From positions 182,064 to 246,063 of the forward strand of contig CAZPVT010000005.1 of assembly GCA_964590395.1 (NCBI GenBank): a stretch of 64,000 nucleotides of DNA, in the 5' to 3' direction. Position numbers and translations under genes: made by a program. The DNA comes from an uncultured bacterium. Lineage in GTDB: Bacteria > Hydrothermota > Tepidihabitantia > Tepidihabitantales > Tepidihabitantaceae. How positions within the stretch are numbered: position 1 is the first letter of the stretch; every line of letters starts with the position of its first letter. This document shows, in pieces, positions 18,283 through 29,587 of the stretch. The notes under the pieces are model-generated. The model saw nothing but the letters and a program-made list of their open reading frames with translations, did no database searches and was not told the origin of the DNA.

Positions 18283-21200
18283 TTGATGAACGAGACAATT
18301 AAAGATTATGCCAAGAGGCGAACGGTTTTAGAAATCCCTAATCTGCTTTTCCTGCAACGAGAGTCTTTCGCTGATTTCACCCAGTATGGCGTGCCGCCGG
18401 AAGCGCGAAGAAATCAGGGATTGGAAGCAGTGTTCCGTGAGATGTTTCCCATAGTAGATGAGCACAAAAATTTTCGTCTGGAATATGTGAATTATGTGTT
18501 TGGCGAACCGCGATATCAGCCGGATGAGGCAATTGCCCGAGGGACAACTTATGCGTTGCCCCTGAAGGTACGGTTGCGGCTGGTAAAACTTGACTGGAAG
18601 CGAAGCAAGAACCCTTTTGAGACAGGGAACGAAGATGTACGGGAAGCTTTGGAGCAGGAGGTTTATTTTTGTGATTTGCCATGGATGACGGTTAACGGGT
18701 CGTTCATTATTAATGGGGTGGAGCGGGTGGTCGTCAGTCAGTTGCATCGTTCCCCGGGGGTTTATTTTTCTCGGAATGGAGAAGAGGTCTCAGCACTGTT
18801 AGTACCTTTGCGTGGAGCGTGGTTTGAACTGGTGGTTGACAAAAATCGGGTTTTACTGGTTGTTTTGGATAGAAAGCGGCGGATATCAGCAGGAACTTTT
18901 TTGCGAGCGCTGGGTTATACCCATTCGGCACTGATAAAGGAACTTTATCAAGTAGAACAGCGAAAGTTTAGGGTGGGCGATGTACTGGCAGATGATATCA
19001 AAATTGAAGAAGACAGAATCAGTGGCGGAGAGGAGCGAAAAACGGAGATTATTCTTGCCAAGGCAGGCGAGCGATTGAGCGAGGCTTTAATCGATTTCCT
19101 TAACAGTAAGGGCATTGAGTCCGGAGAGGTTATTAGTGATGGACAGGTGGGGGTGGATGCCGTAGTTAATACGCTGTCCAGCGATAAGTCGTCTTCAAAA
19201 GAGGATGCGATTAAACGGATATATATGCGGTTGCGAGGGATTGTACCACATTCGATTGATGTTGCAGAAAATTTGATTTCTGGAATGCTTTTTGACGCCC
19301 GGCGGTTTGATTTAGGAAAGGTGGGGAGGTTTAAGCTAAACCAGCGCCTCTGGTTGAGAACGTTCGAAGACCACTCGGCACTAAAGCATAGTGATATTTT
19401 CGCGATCATCGAGCGGTTGTTACGGTTAGTAGACGAGGCGCAGTTTGCTGTGCTAAGGGTTAAGTGTAAAGGAAAGCAGGCTGTCGATGGCGTATTAAAG
19501 ACGGTTGCTGGTGAGAATTTAGAACCGGATAGTTATTATTTTTATGAACGACGGGGTGAATTGCAGTTATGGTATAAGGAGGAAACCAGAGGACGGCGGG
19601 CGGCGGAAATGATGGAAAAAGAAGGAGCCCGGATGGATTTAGAGTTGATGAGGTATCAGTATGACGATGTTGACCATCTGGGCAGTAGACGAGTAAGGAG
19701 GGTGGGGGAACTTCTGGAAAATCAGTTTCGTATCGCCTTAATGCAATTAGCCCAAAATGTTAGGGAGCGAGCGGGATTTGTCGACGATGCCCAGTTGATT
19801 CCCCAAGAGTTGGTTAATACCAAGGTGGTGGCTAATGCAGCAATGCAGTTTTTTACTCAGAATCAATTGTGCCAGTTTATGGAACAGACCAATCCTCTTG
19901 CGGAACTAACTCATAAGCGCAGAGTTTCGACACTTGGGCCCGGAGGTTTGACCAAGGAAACAGCGGGTTTTGAGGTTCGGGATGTCCATTATTCTCACTA
20001 CGGAAGGCTTTGCCCGATTGAAACACCAGAGGGGCCTAATATCGGGTTAATCGCAACTGTGGCAACATATTCCCGAATCGACCATTACGGTTTTATCAGC
20101 ACACCATATTGGGAGGTGAGGGATGGCAAGGTTATTATAGGAAAGGGCAAAGAGGTGTATTTAACGCCCGATGAAGAGGATCGATTTACGATTGCCCAGG
20201 CAACAAGTGAATTGTTGCCAGATGGTAGTTTTGCCAAGCGGGAGGTTGTATGCCGGCGGAAAGGGGATGTAGTTACTGTTTCGACTGATGAGGTTGATTT
20301 TATGGATATTTCTCCCAAACAGCTTTTTGCTCCGTCGACGGTGATGATTCCGTTTTTAGAACATGATGACGCTGACCGGGCACTGATGGGAGCCAATATG
20401 CAGCGGCAGGCGGTTCCGTTACTGATTCCGCAAAAGCCATTGGTGGCAACTGGAGTTGAAGGGAAGTTTGCGGTAGAATCTGGAGCGGTTGTTTTGGCGG
20501 AAGAAGATGGGGTTGTTACCAAAGTAGATGCCCGCAGAGTGGTGGTTCGCACCGAAAAAGGTTTGATCGAGCACCGGCTGATGAAGTATCGGAAGTCTAA
20601 TCAGTACACCTGTTTGACGCAGCGACCGGTGGTGCGGGTAGGTGATACGGTAAAAAAAGGTGATTTACTCGCCGATGGTCCGGCTACTGACAAAGGACAA
20701 CTGGCGCTGGGAAGAAATGTGTTAGTGGCTTTTGTTCCTTGGCGTGGGTATAATTATGAAGACGCGATTATTGTCTCGGAAGATCTATTTAAAGAGGATG
20801 CCTTTACATCTATTCAAATTTTAGAGTTTGAGATTCAGGCACGGGAGACGCGGTTAGGTCCGGAGCAAATTACTCGAGATATACCTGGCGCCACCGAGGA
20901 TGAATTGAGAAACCTTGATGAGTTAGGAATTGTGCGTTTAGGAGCCGAAGTAGGACCGAGAGATATTCTTGTCGGCAGAATTACTCCGAAAGGAGAAACG
21001 GAGTATACCCCAGAAGAACGACTGTTACGAGCAATTTTTGGCGAAAAAGCGGCAAATGTTAAAGACAGTTCACTGCGAGTTGAGCCCGGAGTCTACGGAA
21101 CGGTCATTGACCGAAAGATTTTGTCCCGGAAGTTAAATGATCAGATTTCACGGTATTTAGAAAAAGAGCGTGTAGCGGAAGCCCAAAGACGATACGAGCT

Positions 21201-22314
21201 GAAGAAAGAGTTCTTACAGCAGCGGAGGGACGAGAAGTTGAAAGCGGTGCTCAGGGGACATAAGGCGGCGGCCAATGCGCGAACGACAAAGGGTAAGGTT
21301 GTGCACAAAGCCGGGCTGGTGATGGATGAAGAATTTCTTAATTCGGAGGCTTTTAGTAGCGTAGCCAATTTTGAGCAACTGGTCTCTAACCCAAGATTGC
21401 AGGAAAGAATAAAGGAGATTATGCAGGAGTATGAATCAGCGTTGGTCCAGGCACAAGAAGGGAGAAAGGCGGGAGAAGAACGAGCAATCAGAGGAGACGA
21501 GCTACCCCACGGTGTGCTGCAATGGGTGAGGATTTTTATCGCTCAGAAACGAAGATTGTCAGTAGGAGACAAATTGGCAGGCAGACACGGAAATAAGGGG
21601 GTTGTGTCTAAAATTCTACCTACTGAGGACATGCCTTTCATTGCTGTTGCTCCGAACGGTGAGGCGAGTAACACCATTAAGGAGATGCGCGGTCTCCAGG
21701 TCGATATGGTTTTGAACCCTCTTGGTGTGCCATCGCGAATGAATTTAGGTCAGGTGCTGGAGGCACATCTCGGCTGGGCAGCAAGGGTTTTGGGTTACCA
21801 AGCGGTGTGTCCGGTTTTTGAGAGTGCCTCACCGGAAGAAATTAAGGAAGAACTGCGCCGTGCCGGTCTACCTTCTGACGGAAAGGTGGTGTTATATGAT
21901 GGCCGGACCGGTGAGCCATTTAAGGGCAAGGTTACTTTAGGAATAATGTATATGATGAAGTTAACTCATATGGTCGATGATAAAATCCATGCCCGTTCTA
22001 CCGGTAAGTATTCGTTGATTACTCAACAGCCACTGGGTGGTAAGGCACAGTTTGGCGGGCAGCGGTTTGGTGAAATGGAGGTGTGGGCACTTGAGGCTTA
22101 CGGTGCAGCACACGCTTTGCAGGAGATGCTGACGATTAAATCGGACGATGTTGAGGGGCGAAGCGCACTTTATGAGGCACTGGTGAGAGGAAAGAATCCG
22201 CCGCGGCCGAAGGCGCCAGCGTCATTCGCGGTGTTAGTTAAAGAACTGCAGGGACTGGGATTGGAGTTGATATCCGAGAGGGAAAAACGGAGAGCGGATG
22301 AGGTTGGTAATTAG
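18283..22314 (+). CDS. rpoB: DNA-directed RNA polymerase subunit beta.
   Basis: 1343 aa with conserved beta-subunit blocks, including GDKLAGRHGNKGVVSKI. Confidence 0.97.
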   Translation: MMNETIKDYAKRRTVLEIPNLLFLQRESFADFTQYGVPPEARRNQGLEAVFREMFPIVDEHKNFRLEYVNYVFGEPRYQPDEAIARGTTYALPLKVRLRLVKLDWKRSKNPFETGNEDVREALEQEVYFCDLPWMTVNGSFIINGVERVVVSQLHRSPGVYFSRNGEEVSALLVPLRGAWFELVVDKNRVLLVVLDRKRRISAGTFLRALGYTHSALIKELYQVEQRKFRVGDVLADDIKIEEDRISGGEERKTEIILAKAGERLSEALIDFLNSKGIESGEVISDGQVGVDAVVNTLSSDKSSSKEDAIKRIYMRLRGIVPHSIDVAENLISGMLFDARRFDLGKVGRFKLNQRLWLRTFEDHSALKHSDIFAIIERLLRLVDEAQFAVLRVKCKGKQAVDGVLKTVAGENLEPDSYYFYERRGELQLWYKEETRGRRAAEMMEKEGARMDLELMRYQYDDVDHLGSRRVRRVGELLENQFRIALMQLAQNVRERAGFVDDAQLIPQELVNTKVVANAAMQFFTQNQLCQFMEQTNPLAELTHKRRVSTLGPGGLTKETAGFEVRDVHYSHYGRLCPIETPEGPNIGLIATVATYSRIDHYGFISTPYWEVRDGKVIIGKGKEVYLTPDEEDRFTIAQATSELLPDGSFAKREVVCRRKGDVVTVSTDEVDFMDISPKQLFAPSTVMIPFLEHDDADRALMGANMQRQAVPLLIPQKPLVATGVEGKFAVESGAVVLAEEDGVVTKVDARRVVVRTEKGLIEHRLMKYRKSNQYTCLTQRPVVRVGDTVKKGDLLADGPATDKGQLALGRNVLVAFVPWRGYNYEDAIIVSEDLFKEDAFTSIQILEFEIQARETRLGPEQITRDIPGATEDELRNLDELGIVRLGAEVGPRDILVGRITPKGETEYTPEERLLRAIFGEKAANVKDSSLRVEPGVYGTVIDRKILSRKLNDQISRYLEKERVAEAQRRYELKKEFLQQRRDEKLKAVLRGHKAAANARTTKGKVVHKAGLVMDEEFLNSEAFSSVANFEQLVSNPRLQERIKEIMQEYESALVQAQEGRKAGEERAIRGDELPHGVLQWVRIFIAQKRRLSVGDKLAGRHGNKGVVSKILPTEDMPFIAVAPNGEASNTIKEMRGLQVDMVLNPLGVPSRMNLGQVLEAHLGWAARVLGYQAVCPVFESASPEEIKEELRRAGLPSDGKVVLYDGRTGEPFKGKVTLGIMYMMKLTHMVDDKIHARSTGKYSLITQQPLGGKAQFGGQRFGEMEVWALEAYGAAHALQEMLTIKSDDVEGRSALYEALVRGKNPPRPKAPASFAVLVKELQGLGLELISEREKRRADEVGN

Positions 22315-22361
22315 GGCTCTAAATTTCTTGGTAATTTTTGAAAATGTGAGGAGATCGATGA

Positions 22362-25300
22362 ATGAGCAGTGAAAGGGATTTTGTCTATGATTTTGACTCA
22401 CTCCGCTTGAGAATTGCTTCACCAGAGACAATTCGGAGTTGGTCAAGTGGCGAGGTTATAAAGCCAGAGACAATTAATTATCGGACCCAGAAGCCGGAGA
22501 AGGATGGTTTGTTCTGTGAACGGATTTTTGGTCCAGTCAAAGATCACGAGTGTAATTGCGGTAAGTACAAGAAGGTGAGATATAAGGGTATTGTCTGCGA
22601 CCGGTGCGGGGTTGAAGTTACCAGTGCGGCTGTGCGCCGGCAGCGGATGGGGCATATTGAATTGGCGGTTCCCGTAGCCCACACACTTTTTTATCAGGTA
22701 CCGCCGTCAAAGATTGGATTGATGCTGGATATGACTGTCAATGAGGTAGAGACCGTGCTGAATTATGAGGCCTATGTGGTTTGGGAATCTGCCGGCTCAC
22801 CATATAAACGGCTGGATTTGATTGGAGAGGAGGCGTATCAAGAGGTCCAAAGTCGGTTTCCCGGTTTTGAAGCGGCGACCGGCGCTGGGGCATTAAAGCA
22901 ATTGTTAGCCAGTATTGAACTGGATGACCTGGCAGCAGATCTTCGGGCGAGGATTAAACACGAAAGTTCACGCCGATTTAGTTTGCTTCGAAGGTTGAGG
23001 GTGGTTGAGGCATTCCGGAGTTCCGGAGCAAAGCCGGAGTGGATGATTTTAGATGTGCTGCCGGTGATACCACCGGATTTACGACCGCTGGTTCCTTTGG
23101 AAGGAGGACGGTACGCGACCTCAGATTTGAATGACCTTTACAAACGGGTGATCGTCCGCAATAATCGTCTTAAGCATTTGATGTCCATCCGGACACCGGA
23201 GATAATTTTGAAGAATGAAAAGCGTATGCTGCAGGATGCGGTTGATGCACTTTTTTTAAATGAATCAAGGCCAAGACCTGTGAAGGGGAAGGGTAATCGG
23301 CCGTTGAAGTCATTGTGTGAGGCGCTAAGGGGAAAGCAGGGAAGATTCAGGAGGAATCTGTTAGGAAAACGGGTTGATTATTCCGGCAGGTCGGCGATTG
23401 TCGTTGATCCGACCTTGAAGTTATATCAGTGCAGTCTCCCCAAGGAAATGGCACTGGAATTGTTCGGGCCGATGATTCTGCGCCGTCTGGAGGAGCGGAA
23501 ATTGGCAGACAGCGAACGGGGTGCCAAAAGTATGTATCGTCAAGAGGCGCCGGAGGTGTGGGAGGTATTGGAGGAGGTAACGAGGGAGCATCCGGTTTTG
23601 TTGAATCGCGCTCCTACGTTGCACCGGGTTTCTATTGAGGCATTTTATCCGGTGCTTTCTGAGCACCGGGCGATCGGTATTCATCCGCTGGTCTGTCCCC
23701 CGTTTAACGCGGACTTTGACGGAGATACGATGTCGGTTCACATCCCAGTGACCCCGGAGGGAATTCTAGAGGCGGAAGTTCTGATGCTTGCACCGCATAA
23801 CATTCTGTCGCCAGCCCACGGTAAACCGCTAATGGTGCCTTCGCAGGATATCGTGGCGGGAATATATTATATTTCCAAGACCAAACCGGGTGAAGTGAAA
23901 CCGGTGGCGTATTTTGATGACTTTCATGCTGTGCGTTCGGCTTTTGATCTGCGGGAATTAGATGTGCACGACTGGGTTGGTTTTAAATATCAGGGGGAGA
24001 AGATCCTGACAACAGTGGGTAGGGTAATTTTAAACGAGGTCTTGCCAGATAGCCTTCGGTTTGTGAACGAGGTGGTTCCTAAGGATAAACTGGTTGGGTT
24101 GATTGACCGGTGTGCCCGTAGTTTGGGGTTGGATGTAACCGTGAAATTACTTGACGATTTGAAAGACTTGGGATTTGAAATGGCAACTTTATCCGGGTTA
24201 TCCATTGGAATGGATGATATCATTGTTCCCGAGGAAAAGGGGCAGATTTTGGAGCGTAGCGAGGAGGAGGTGCGCCGCGTACAGAAGGCTTATGATCGGG
24301 GACTGATGACCGAGTCCGAGAAGTATAATAAGATTGTTAACACATGGACGCTTGCCACCGCGGAGGTAGAGGAGGCACTGATGGAGCGCATACGGGCGGA
24401 TCAAAATGGTTTCAATCCCGTTTTTATGTTGATTGACTCCGGTGCCCGCGGTTCCCGTACTCAGGCCGCGCAGTTGGGCGGAATGAGGGGGTTAATGGCA
24501 AAGCCGCAGCGGCGGACAGTTGGCGAGGAGGTAATTGAGACTCCGATCAAAAGTTCCTTCCGCGAGGGGCTTTCGGTCTGGGAGTATTTTATTTCCACCC
24601 ACGGCGCACGGAAGGGACTTACCGATACCGCGCTGAAAACCGCTGAAGCAGGTTATCTTACCCGGCGTTTGGTAGATGTAGCTCAGGATGTAGTAATTAC
24701 CATCGAGGATTGTAAAACTATCGTGGGCCAGGAGATAACGGCATTACGCGAGGGGGGGGATATCATTGAGCCGCTGAGTGAACGGATTGTGGGACGGTTT
24801 GCCCTTGATGATATTGTTAATCCGGTAACCAATGAGGTAATCGTGCATGCGGGGGAGGAAATTGCCGATGATGCGGCGGAGGAGATTGAGAGTTGTGGTA
24901 TTGAAATGGTCAAGGTGCGATCGGTTTTGACCTGCGAAGCAAGAAACGGTTTGTGCGTGAAGTGTTACGGGAGAAATATGGCAACAGGTCGGGTGGTGGA
25001 GATCGGGGAGGCGGTCGGCATAATAGCGGCACAATCAATCGGTGAGCCGGGGACGCAGTTGACGCTGAAAACTTTTCATGTTGGTGGTGTGGCGGCACGC
25101 GTGGCAGAACAGACGAAGGCAACGGCGAGGTTTGCGGGAAAGATCAAGTTTGAAAGTCTAAATGTCTGTCAGCGAAGCGATGGTGAACTGACGACGCTTT
25201 CCCAGGGGAAAATACTGCTTACCGCACCAGAGCGGGCAATGCCTTTTACCGTACCTGCTGGAGCGTTGATCCGGGTGAACGACGGTCAGGAAGTTAAAGA

Positions 25301-26375
25301 AGGCGATGTCTTGTTTGAATGGGAGCCTTATTCAATTTCCCTGCTGGCTCAGAGACAAGGGGTTGTTAGGTTCAAGGATATCGAGGTAGGAAGGACTTTA
25401 CGGGAGGATATTGATGAACAAACCGAGCGGATGCAGCGGATAATCGTCGAGGACCGAGCACGGAAGTTGCATCCGATGCTGGAAATTGTCAATGAAAAGG
25501 GAAGGGTTATTGAAACCCATTCTTTACCAGTTGGGGCATATTTAATGGTGGAGGATGATGATAAGGTTATGCCTGGGGATGTGTTGGCAAGGCTTTTACG
25601 GGAGATGGCGAGAACCCGGGATATCACCGGTGGTCTGCCGAAGGTAGCCGAACTATTTGAGGCGAAGCGAGTAAAGTCACCTGCGGTTATTTCCGAAATC
25701 GATGGTACGGTAGAAGTGGGGGAACCCAAGGAAGGGAAAAGAGTGGTGAAGGTGATATCCGAAGGAGAGGCGGTGAAGGAATATGAGATCCCGTACGGTA
25801 AGTATCTCCTGGTCCAGACAGGAAATCGGGTTAAGGCCGGAGATAAGTTGTGTGAAGGGTCGGTTGATCCCCATGATGTCCTGAAGGTTAAAGGGTGGTT
25901 AGCGGTTCAGGAGTTTTTGACAAACCAGATTCAGGCAGTTTATCGGCTGCAAAAGGTTAAGATCAACGATAAGCACATTTCAATCATTGTCCGCCAGATG
26001 TTAAGAAAGGTTCGGATTGAGGATTCGGGTGATTCCAGCTTTATTGAAGGGGAGGTCGTGGAACGGCGACGGGTGCTGGATGAGAATGAGCGGTTGCTGG
26101 CAGAGGGATTGAGACCTGCCAGTTATCAGCCAATCTTACTTGGTATTACTCGGGCGGCGTTATTGACAGAGAGTTTTCTATCTGCGGCATCTTTCCAGGA
26201 GACGACCAGAGTGTTGTCTGAGGCGGCAATTCAGGGCCGTGAGGATAAGTTGCGGGGTTTGAAGGAGAATGTGATCGTCGGCAGGCTAATTCCAGCCGGG
26301 ACAGGCTTTCGTGATTTTTCGCGGATTAGACTCTTAAGCGATACCGAAAATGAAAAGGAACAGGAGGCAGCTTAA
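22362..26375 (+). CDS. rpoC: DNA-directed RNA polymerase subunit beta'.
   Basis: 1337 aa with the Zn finger CNCGKYKKVRYKGIVCDRCG and the catalytic NADFDGD motif. Confidence 0.97.
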   Translation: MSSERDFVYDFDSLRLRIASPETIRSWSSGEVIKPETINYRTQKPEKDGLFCERIFGPVKDHECNCGKYKKVRYKGIVCDRCGVEVTSAAVRRQRMGHIELAVPVAHTLFYQVPPSKIGLMLDMTVNEVETVLNYEAYVVWESAGSPYKRLDLIGEEAYQEVQSRFPGFEAATGAGALKQLLASIELDDLAADLRARIKHESSRRFSLLRRLRVVEAFRSSGAKPEWMILDVLPVIPPDLRPLVPLEGGRYATSDLNDLYKRVIVRNNRLKHLMSIRTPEIILKNEKRMLQDAVDALFLNESRPRPVKGKGNRPLKSLCEALRGKQGRFRRNLLGKRVDYSGRSAIVVDPTLKLYQCSLPKEMALELFGPMILRRLEERKLADSERGAKSMYRQEAPEVWEVLEEVTREHPVLLNRAPTLHRVSIEAFYPVLSEHRAIGIHPLVCPPFNADFDGDTMSVHIPVTPEGILEAEVLMLAPHNILSPAHGKPLMVPSQDIVAGIYYISKTKPGEVKPVAYFDDFHAVRSAFDLRELDVHDWVGFKYQGEKILTTVGRVILNEVLPDSLRFVNEVVPKDKLVGLIDRCARSLGLDVTVKLLDDLKDLGFEMATLSGLSIGMDDIIVPEEKGQILERSEEEVRRVQKAYDRGLMTESEKYNKIVNTWTLATAEVEEALMERIRADQNGFNPVFMLIDSGARGSRTQAAQLGGMRGLMAKPQRRTVGEEVIETPIKSSFREGLSVWEYFISTHGARKGLTDTALKTAEAGYLTRRLVDVAQDVVITIEDCKTIVGQEITALREGGDIIEPLSERIVGRFALDDIVNPVTNEVIVHAGEEIADDAAEEIESCGIEMVKVRSVLTCEARNGLCVKCYGRNMATGRVVEIGEAVGIIAAQSIGEPGTQLTLKTFHVGGVAARVAEQTKATARFAGKIKFESLNVCQRSDGELTTLSQGKILLTAPERAMPFTVPAGALIRVNDGQEVKEGDVLFEWEPYSISLLAQRQGVVRFKDIEVGRTLREDIDEQTERMQRIIVEDRARKLHPMLEIVNEKGRVIETHSLPVGAYLMVEDDDKVMPGDVLARLLREMARTRDITGGLPKVAELFEAKRVKSPAVISEIDGTVEVGEPKEGKRVVKVISEGEAVKEYEIPYGKYLLVQTGNRVKAGDKLCEGSVDPHDVLKVKGWLAVQEFLTNQIQAVYRLQKVKINDKHISIIVRQMLRKVRIEDSGDSSFIEGEVVERRRVLDENERLLAEGLRPASYQPILLGITRAALLTESFLSAASFQETTRVLSEAAIQGREDKLRGLKENVIVGRLIPAGTGFRDFSRIRLLSDTENEKEQEAA

Positions 26376-26456
26376 TGGAGGATAGGATTGTTCAATATTA
26401 AGGAGATGTAATGGTTGTCAAAGCCAAAGTCTGTGTTAAAATATTAAGGAGTAGTT

Positions 26457-26840
26457 ATGCCTACAATTAATCAGTTGGTACGAAAACGGCGTAAAAAGGT
26501 GCGGGTGAGCTCGAAAAGCCCAGCCTTGATGGGTAATCCGCAGAAACGCGGGGTGTGTACCCGAGTCTATACCACTACCCCTAAGAAACCGAATTCTGCG
26601 CTGCGTAAGGTTTGCAAGGTACGATTGGCCTCGGGTTATGAGGTAACCGCCTATATCCCTGGAGAGGGGCATAATTTACAGGAGCATTCAATCGTCTTAG
26701 TGCGAGGTGGCCGGGTTAAGGATTTGCCAGGGGTGCGGTATCATGTGGTGCGGGGCGTTTATGACTGTAGTGGGGTGGAGAACAGAAGGCAGGCGAGAAG
26801 TCAGTACGGCGTCAAACGACCGAAGCAGTCAGCAGGATGA
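26457..26840 (+). CDS. rpsL: 30S ribosomal protein S12.
   Basis: [14 protein letters not shown]…[11 protein letters not shown]. Confidence 0.95.
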   Translation: MPTINQLVRKRRKKVRVSSKSPALMGNPQKRGVCTRVYTTTPKKPNSALRKVCKVRLASGYEVTAYIPGEGHNLQEHSIVLVRGGRVKDLPGVRYHVVRGVYDCSGVENRRQARSQYGVKRPKQSAG

Positions 26841-26855
26841 GTGCAAGGAGCGAAT

Positions 26856-27326
26856 ATGGCAAGGAGAGGTAAATTCCGAGTTCACAAAGTAGCACCGGAC
26901 CCGCGGTATAATTCAGTTTTGGTAGCGAAGTTCATCAATAAATTGATGTGGGCGGGCAAAAAGACGGTTGCCCAGCGGATTTTCTATGAGGCACTGAAGT
27001 TGGCTGGAAAAAGAGGCGGCGAGGATGGTTATACTATTTTCCAAAAAGCAATTAATAATGTTAAACCGGTTTTAGAGGTTCGACCCAGACGAGTTGGCGG
27101 CGCAACCTATCAGATTCCGATGGAGGTGCCGCCGGCACGCCGGGATACGCTGGCGATTAAGTGGCTGATCGATGCAGCACGGGACCGGAGTGAATATACG
27201 ATGGTTGAGCGAATGGCAAATGAGTTGGTTGACGCCAGCAAGAAACAGGGTGGTGCGTTTAAAAAGAAAGAGGATACGCACAAGATGGCGGAGGCTAACC
27301 GGGCGTTCGCCCATTATCGCTGGTAA
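26856..27326 (+). CDS. rpsG: 30S ribosomal protein S7. The ATG at 26856 lies 6 nt after an AAGGAG; the track's GTG at 26841 is rejected.
   Basis: MARRGKFRVHKVAPDPRYNS… is typical of S7. Confidence 0.92.
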   Translation: MARRGKFRVHKVAPDPRYNSVLVAKFINKLMWAGKKTVAQRIFYEALKLAGKRGGEDGYTIFQKAINNVKPVLEVRPRRVGGATYQIPMEVPPARRDTLAIKWLIDAARDRSEYTMVERMANELVDASKKQGGAFKKKEDTHKMAEANRAFAHYRW

Positions 27327-27347
27327 ATCAATTACCATCCGGTGTAA

Positions 27348-29072
27348 TCAGTCAGCAGTGGTTTTCAGGTCAATGATATTTAGTTGGATTTGTTTTTTAC
27401 CATTGAAATTGTCGGAAGCGATGGTATAACAGATGTCAAGGTTACCTGGTTTTCCGATGGGCAGGTTGAGGATTTGGTTACTCCGTTGCCAAGCGATGGC
27501 GGAGAGAATTGCAGCACCCCCGCGCACTTTGAATTTCAGGTGTTCCTGTGTCCGTCCGACTCGACGCGGGTAACCGACTACCTCCAGTCCAGTTGAAGCA
27601 AAGACCGGTTCCGGGTTATCTGGGCCAAATGGTTCTAAGCGGGTAAGGTAGTCAATTATTTCCGGAGTGAGCTCCTCCAGTCCGACAACCGCTTCGATAT
27701 GGAGACTGGGTTTGAAGATTTCCTCAGGTAAAGTGGCGGCAAAGTTTTTGATTGCCTGTTCAAATCGGATGATTTCTGTTGGTAAAATCTGTAAGCCAGC
27801 GGCATACCGATGCCCGCCGAAGTTGATTAGGTGTTGTTTTGTTATGCTCAACGCCTCGTATAGGTTAAAGCCAGTGACCGAGCGTGCTGAGCCCTTACCT
27901 ATATTTTCTTTCAGCGATATCAATACACAAGGACGCCAGAATTCTTCCACCAGACGGGCGGCGACAATGCCGATTATCCCTTCATTCCAGCCCTGTTCAG
28001 CGAGGATGATTACCCGTTCTTTATCTTTCTCGTCGCGTTCAATTAATCGGCGGGCACTGCTTAAAATGTTATCTTCTATCTGTTGACGGGAACGATTGAG
28101 TTGCTCCAGTTCTTCGGCAAGTAGCTGGGCGCGGTTTTGATCTTCGGTTAGTAGCAGTTCTAGGGCAATCCGGGCATGGCCAACACGACCCGCAGCATTG
28201 AGGCGCGGGGCAATAATAAAGGCGATGTTCCGAGCGGAAAGCAGGGATGGTTTTAAACGGCTGACCGAGAAGAGTTCCTTTAATCCGGGGCGTTTAGTTC
28301 TGCCAAGAGCGTTTAGTCCGAGCCGGGCGATAATACGATTTTCACCGATAAGCGGTACCACATCAGCAATTGTCGCCAGCCCAACTAAATCCAACAGGGA
28401 AATTAATTCCTCTTTTGTTCGATTGAATGTGGCAAGTAACTGCCAGGCGAGTTTGAATGCGACTCCAGCACCAGCTAGCTCCCGAAACGGGTAGTTAGAA
28501 TCGGTTCGTTTAGGATTAATGAAGGCGAGTGCGGGCGGTGGTATGTGACCTGGTTCGTGATGGTCTGTAACAATAATGTCAATACCGGCATTTTGAGCGG
28601 TAGTCAGGGTCTCGATGTCATTGGAACCACAGTCATTGGTGATCAGCAGGCGGATGCCGTGCTTAAATGCAAACTCAATTCCCTTGGGCGAAACACCGTA
28701 GCCTTCGGTGTGGCGGTGAGGTAGATAATAATAAACTTTAGCGCCGAGAGATTTTAGTACCGAGATAAGAATAGCAGTGCCACAGACACCATCGACATCA
28801 TAATCACCGTAGACCAGCATCGGTTCTCTGTTTTTGATGGCAGAGATGATGCGTTCGGTTGCTAAGTTGATGTCGGGCAGATGTTCCGGGCGGTGCAGTT
28901 GAGCTGGTACAGGGTTTAGAAATTCGTAACACATCTGTGGCGTGGTGCAACCACGGTGGGAAAGCAGGGAGGCAAGCAGAACCGGTAATCCAGCAGTTTT
29001 TGCCAGTTGATGGATTTTCTCGGAGGGTGGTGCGGGCAGGTGCCAGTGATTGTCCGGTAATATTGGCGCCAC
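27348..29072 (-). CDS. recJ: Single-stranded-DNA-specific exonuclease RecJ (DHH/DHHA1), with a GTG start. It converges on rpsG 21 nt away.
   Basis: DHH motifs (YGDYDVDGV, VTDHH) and an OB domain; 574 aa. Confidence 0.9.
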   Translation of the reverse strand: MAPILPDNHWHLPAPPSEKIHQLAKTAGLPVLLASLLSHRGCTTPQMCYEFLNPVPAQLHRPEHLPDINLATERIISAIKNREPMLVYGDYDVDGVCGTAILISVLKSLGAKVYYYLPHRHTEGYGVSPKGIEFAFKHGIRLLITNDCGSNDIETLTTAQNAGIDIIVTDHHEPGHIPPPALAFINPKRTDSNYPFRELAGAGVAFKLAWQLLATFNRTKEELISLLDLVGLATIADVVPLIGENRIIARLGLNALGRTKRPGLKELFSVSRLKPSLLSARNIAFIIAPRLNAAGRVGHARIALELLLTEDQNRAQLLAEELEQLNRSRQQIEDNILSSARRLIERDEKDKERVIILAEQGWNEGIIGIVAARLVEEFWRPCVLISLKENIGKGSARSVTGFNLYEALSITKQHLINFGGHRYAAGLQILPTEIIRFEQAIKNFAATLPEEIFKPSLHIEAVVGLEELTPEIIDYLTRLEPFGPDNPEPVFASTGLEVVGYPRRVGRTQEHLKFKVRGGAAILSAIAWQRSNQILNLPIGKPGNLDICYTIASDNFNGKKQIQLNIIDLKTTAD

Positions 29073-29587
29073 TGTTTGTTTATAGCAATGGCAAAGGATA
29101 AGTCAAGAATTTAAGACATGGCTCTTTCCATTGTCAGTGAAGGCAGACACAGTACTGCCGGGGAGCGGTGGTTTATTTTTCAGCACCAGTGCGATGAGAA
29201 AGGGCAGTAGATATATAGTAAGACCCTGAAAATGACACAATGTTAACACGGTATTTTTTGCTTTGAGGTAAATTTATAAATATCAATATGTTTAAAATTT
29301 GTAGCCGGCTATTTTCTGCCCCCTCCCCAGTATCCAGGACGGTGGCAGTAATTCTGTTGGCAGGCATTTTGTAGTGGGTTGCTTTTAGGGCGGTGGTCGT
29401 GGTCTGTGGTTTGTTTGAATGGAGGCTGTTGATTTGGGTAACCTCCGGTGTTGCGCGATTGCTGGTAGTTGTAGTTTGGTTTTGGGTTATAACGGGGGTA
29501 AAGATGATGCTTTCTGATGCTATGTTAGTAACGGTGAAAACGTTGGTCAGTAGGAGGCCGGTCATCCTCCTTTTCGCCGCAGTGGTT

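Noticed and set aside
18328-25874. Numerous 60-155-aa ORFs on the minus strand within rpoB/rpoC, and similar ORFs inside secA, smc, the permeases and the HEAT genes.
   Set aside because: All are antisense shadows of long, well-supported genes, with no independent start signals.
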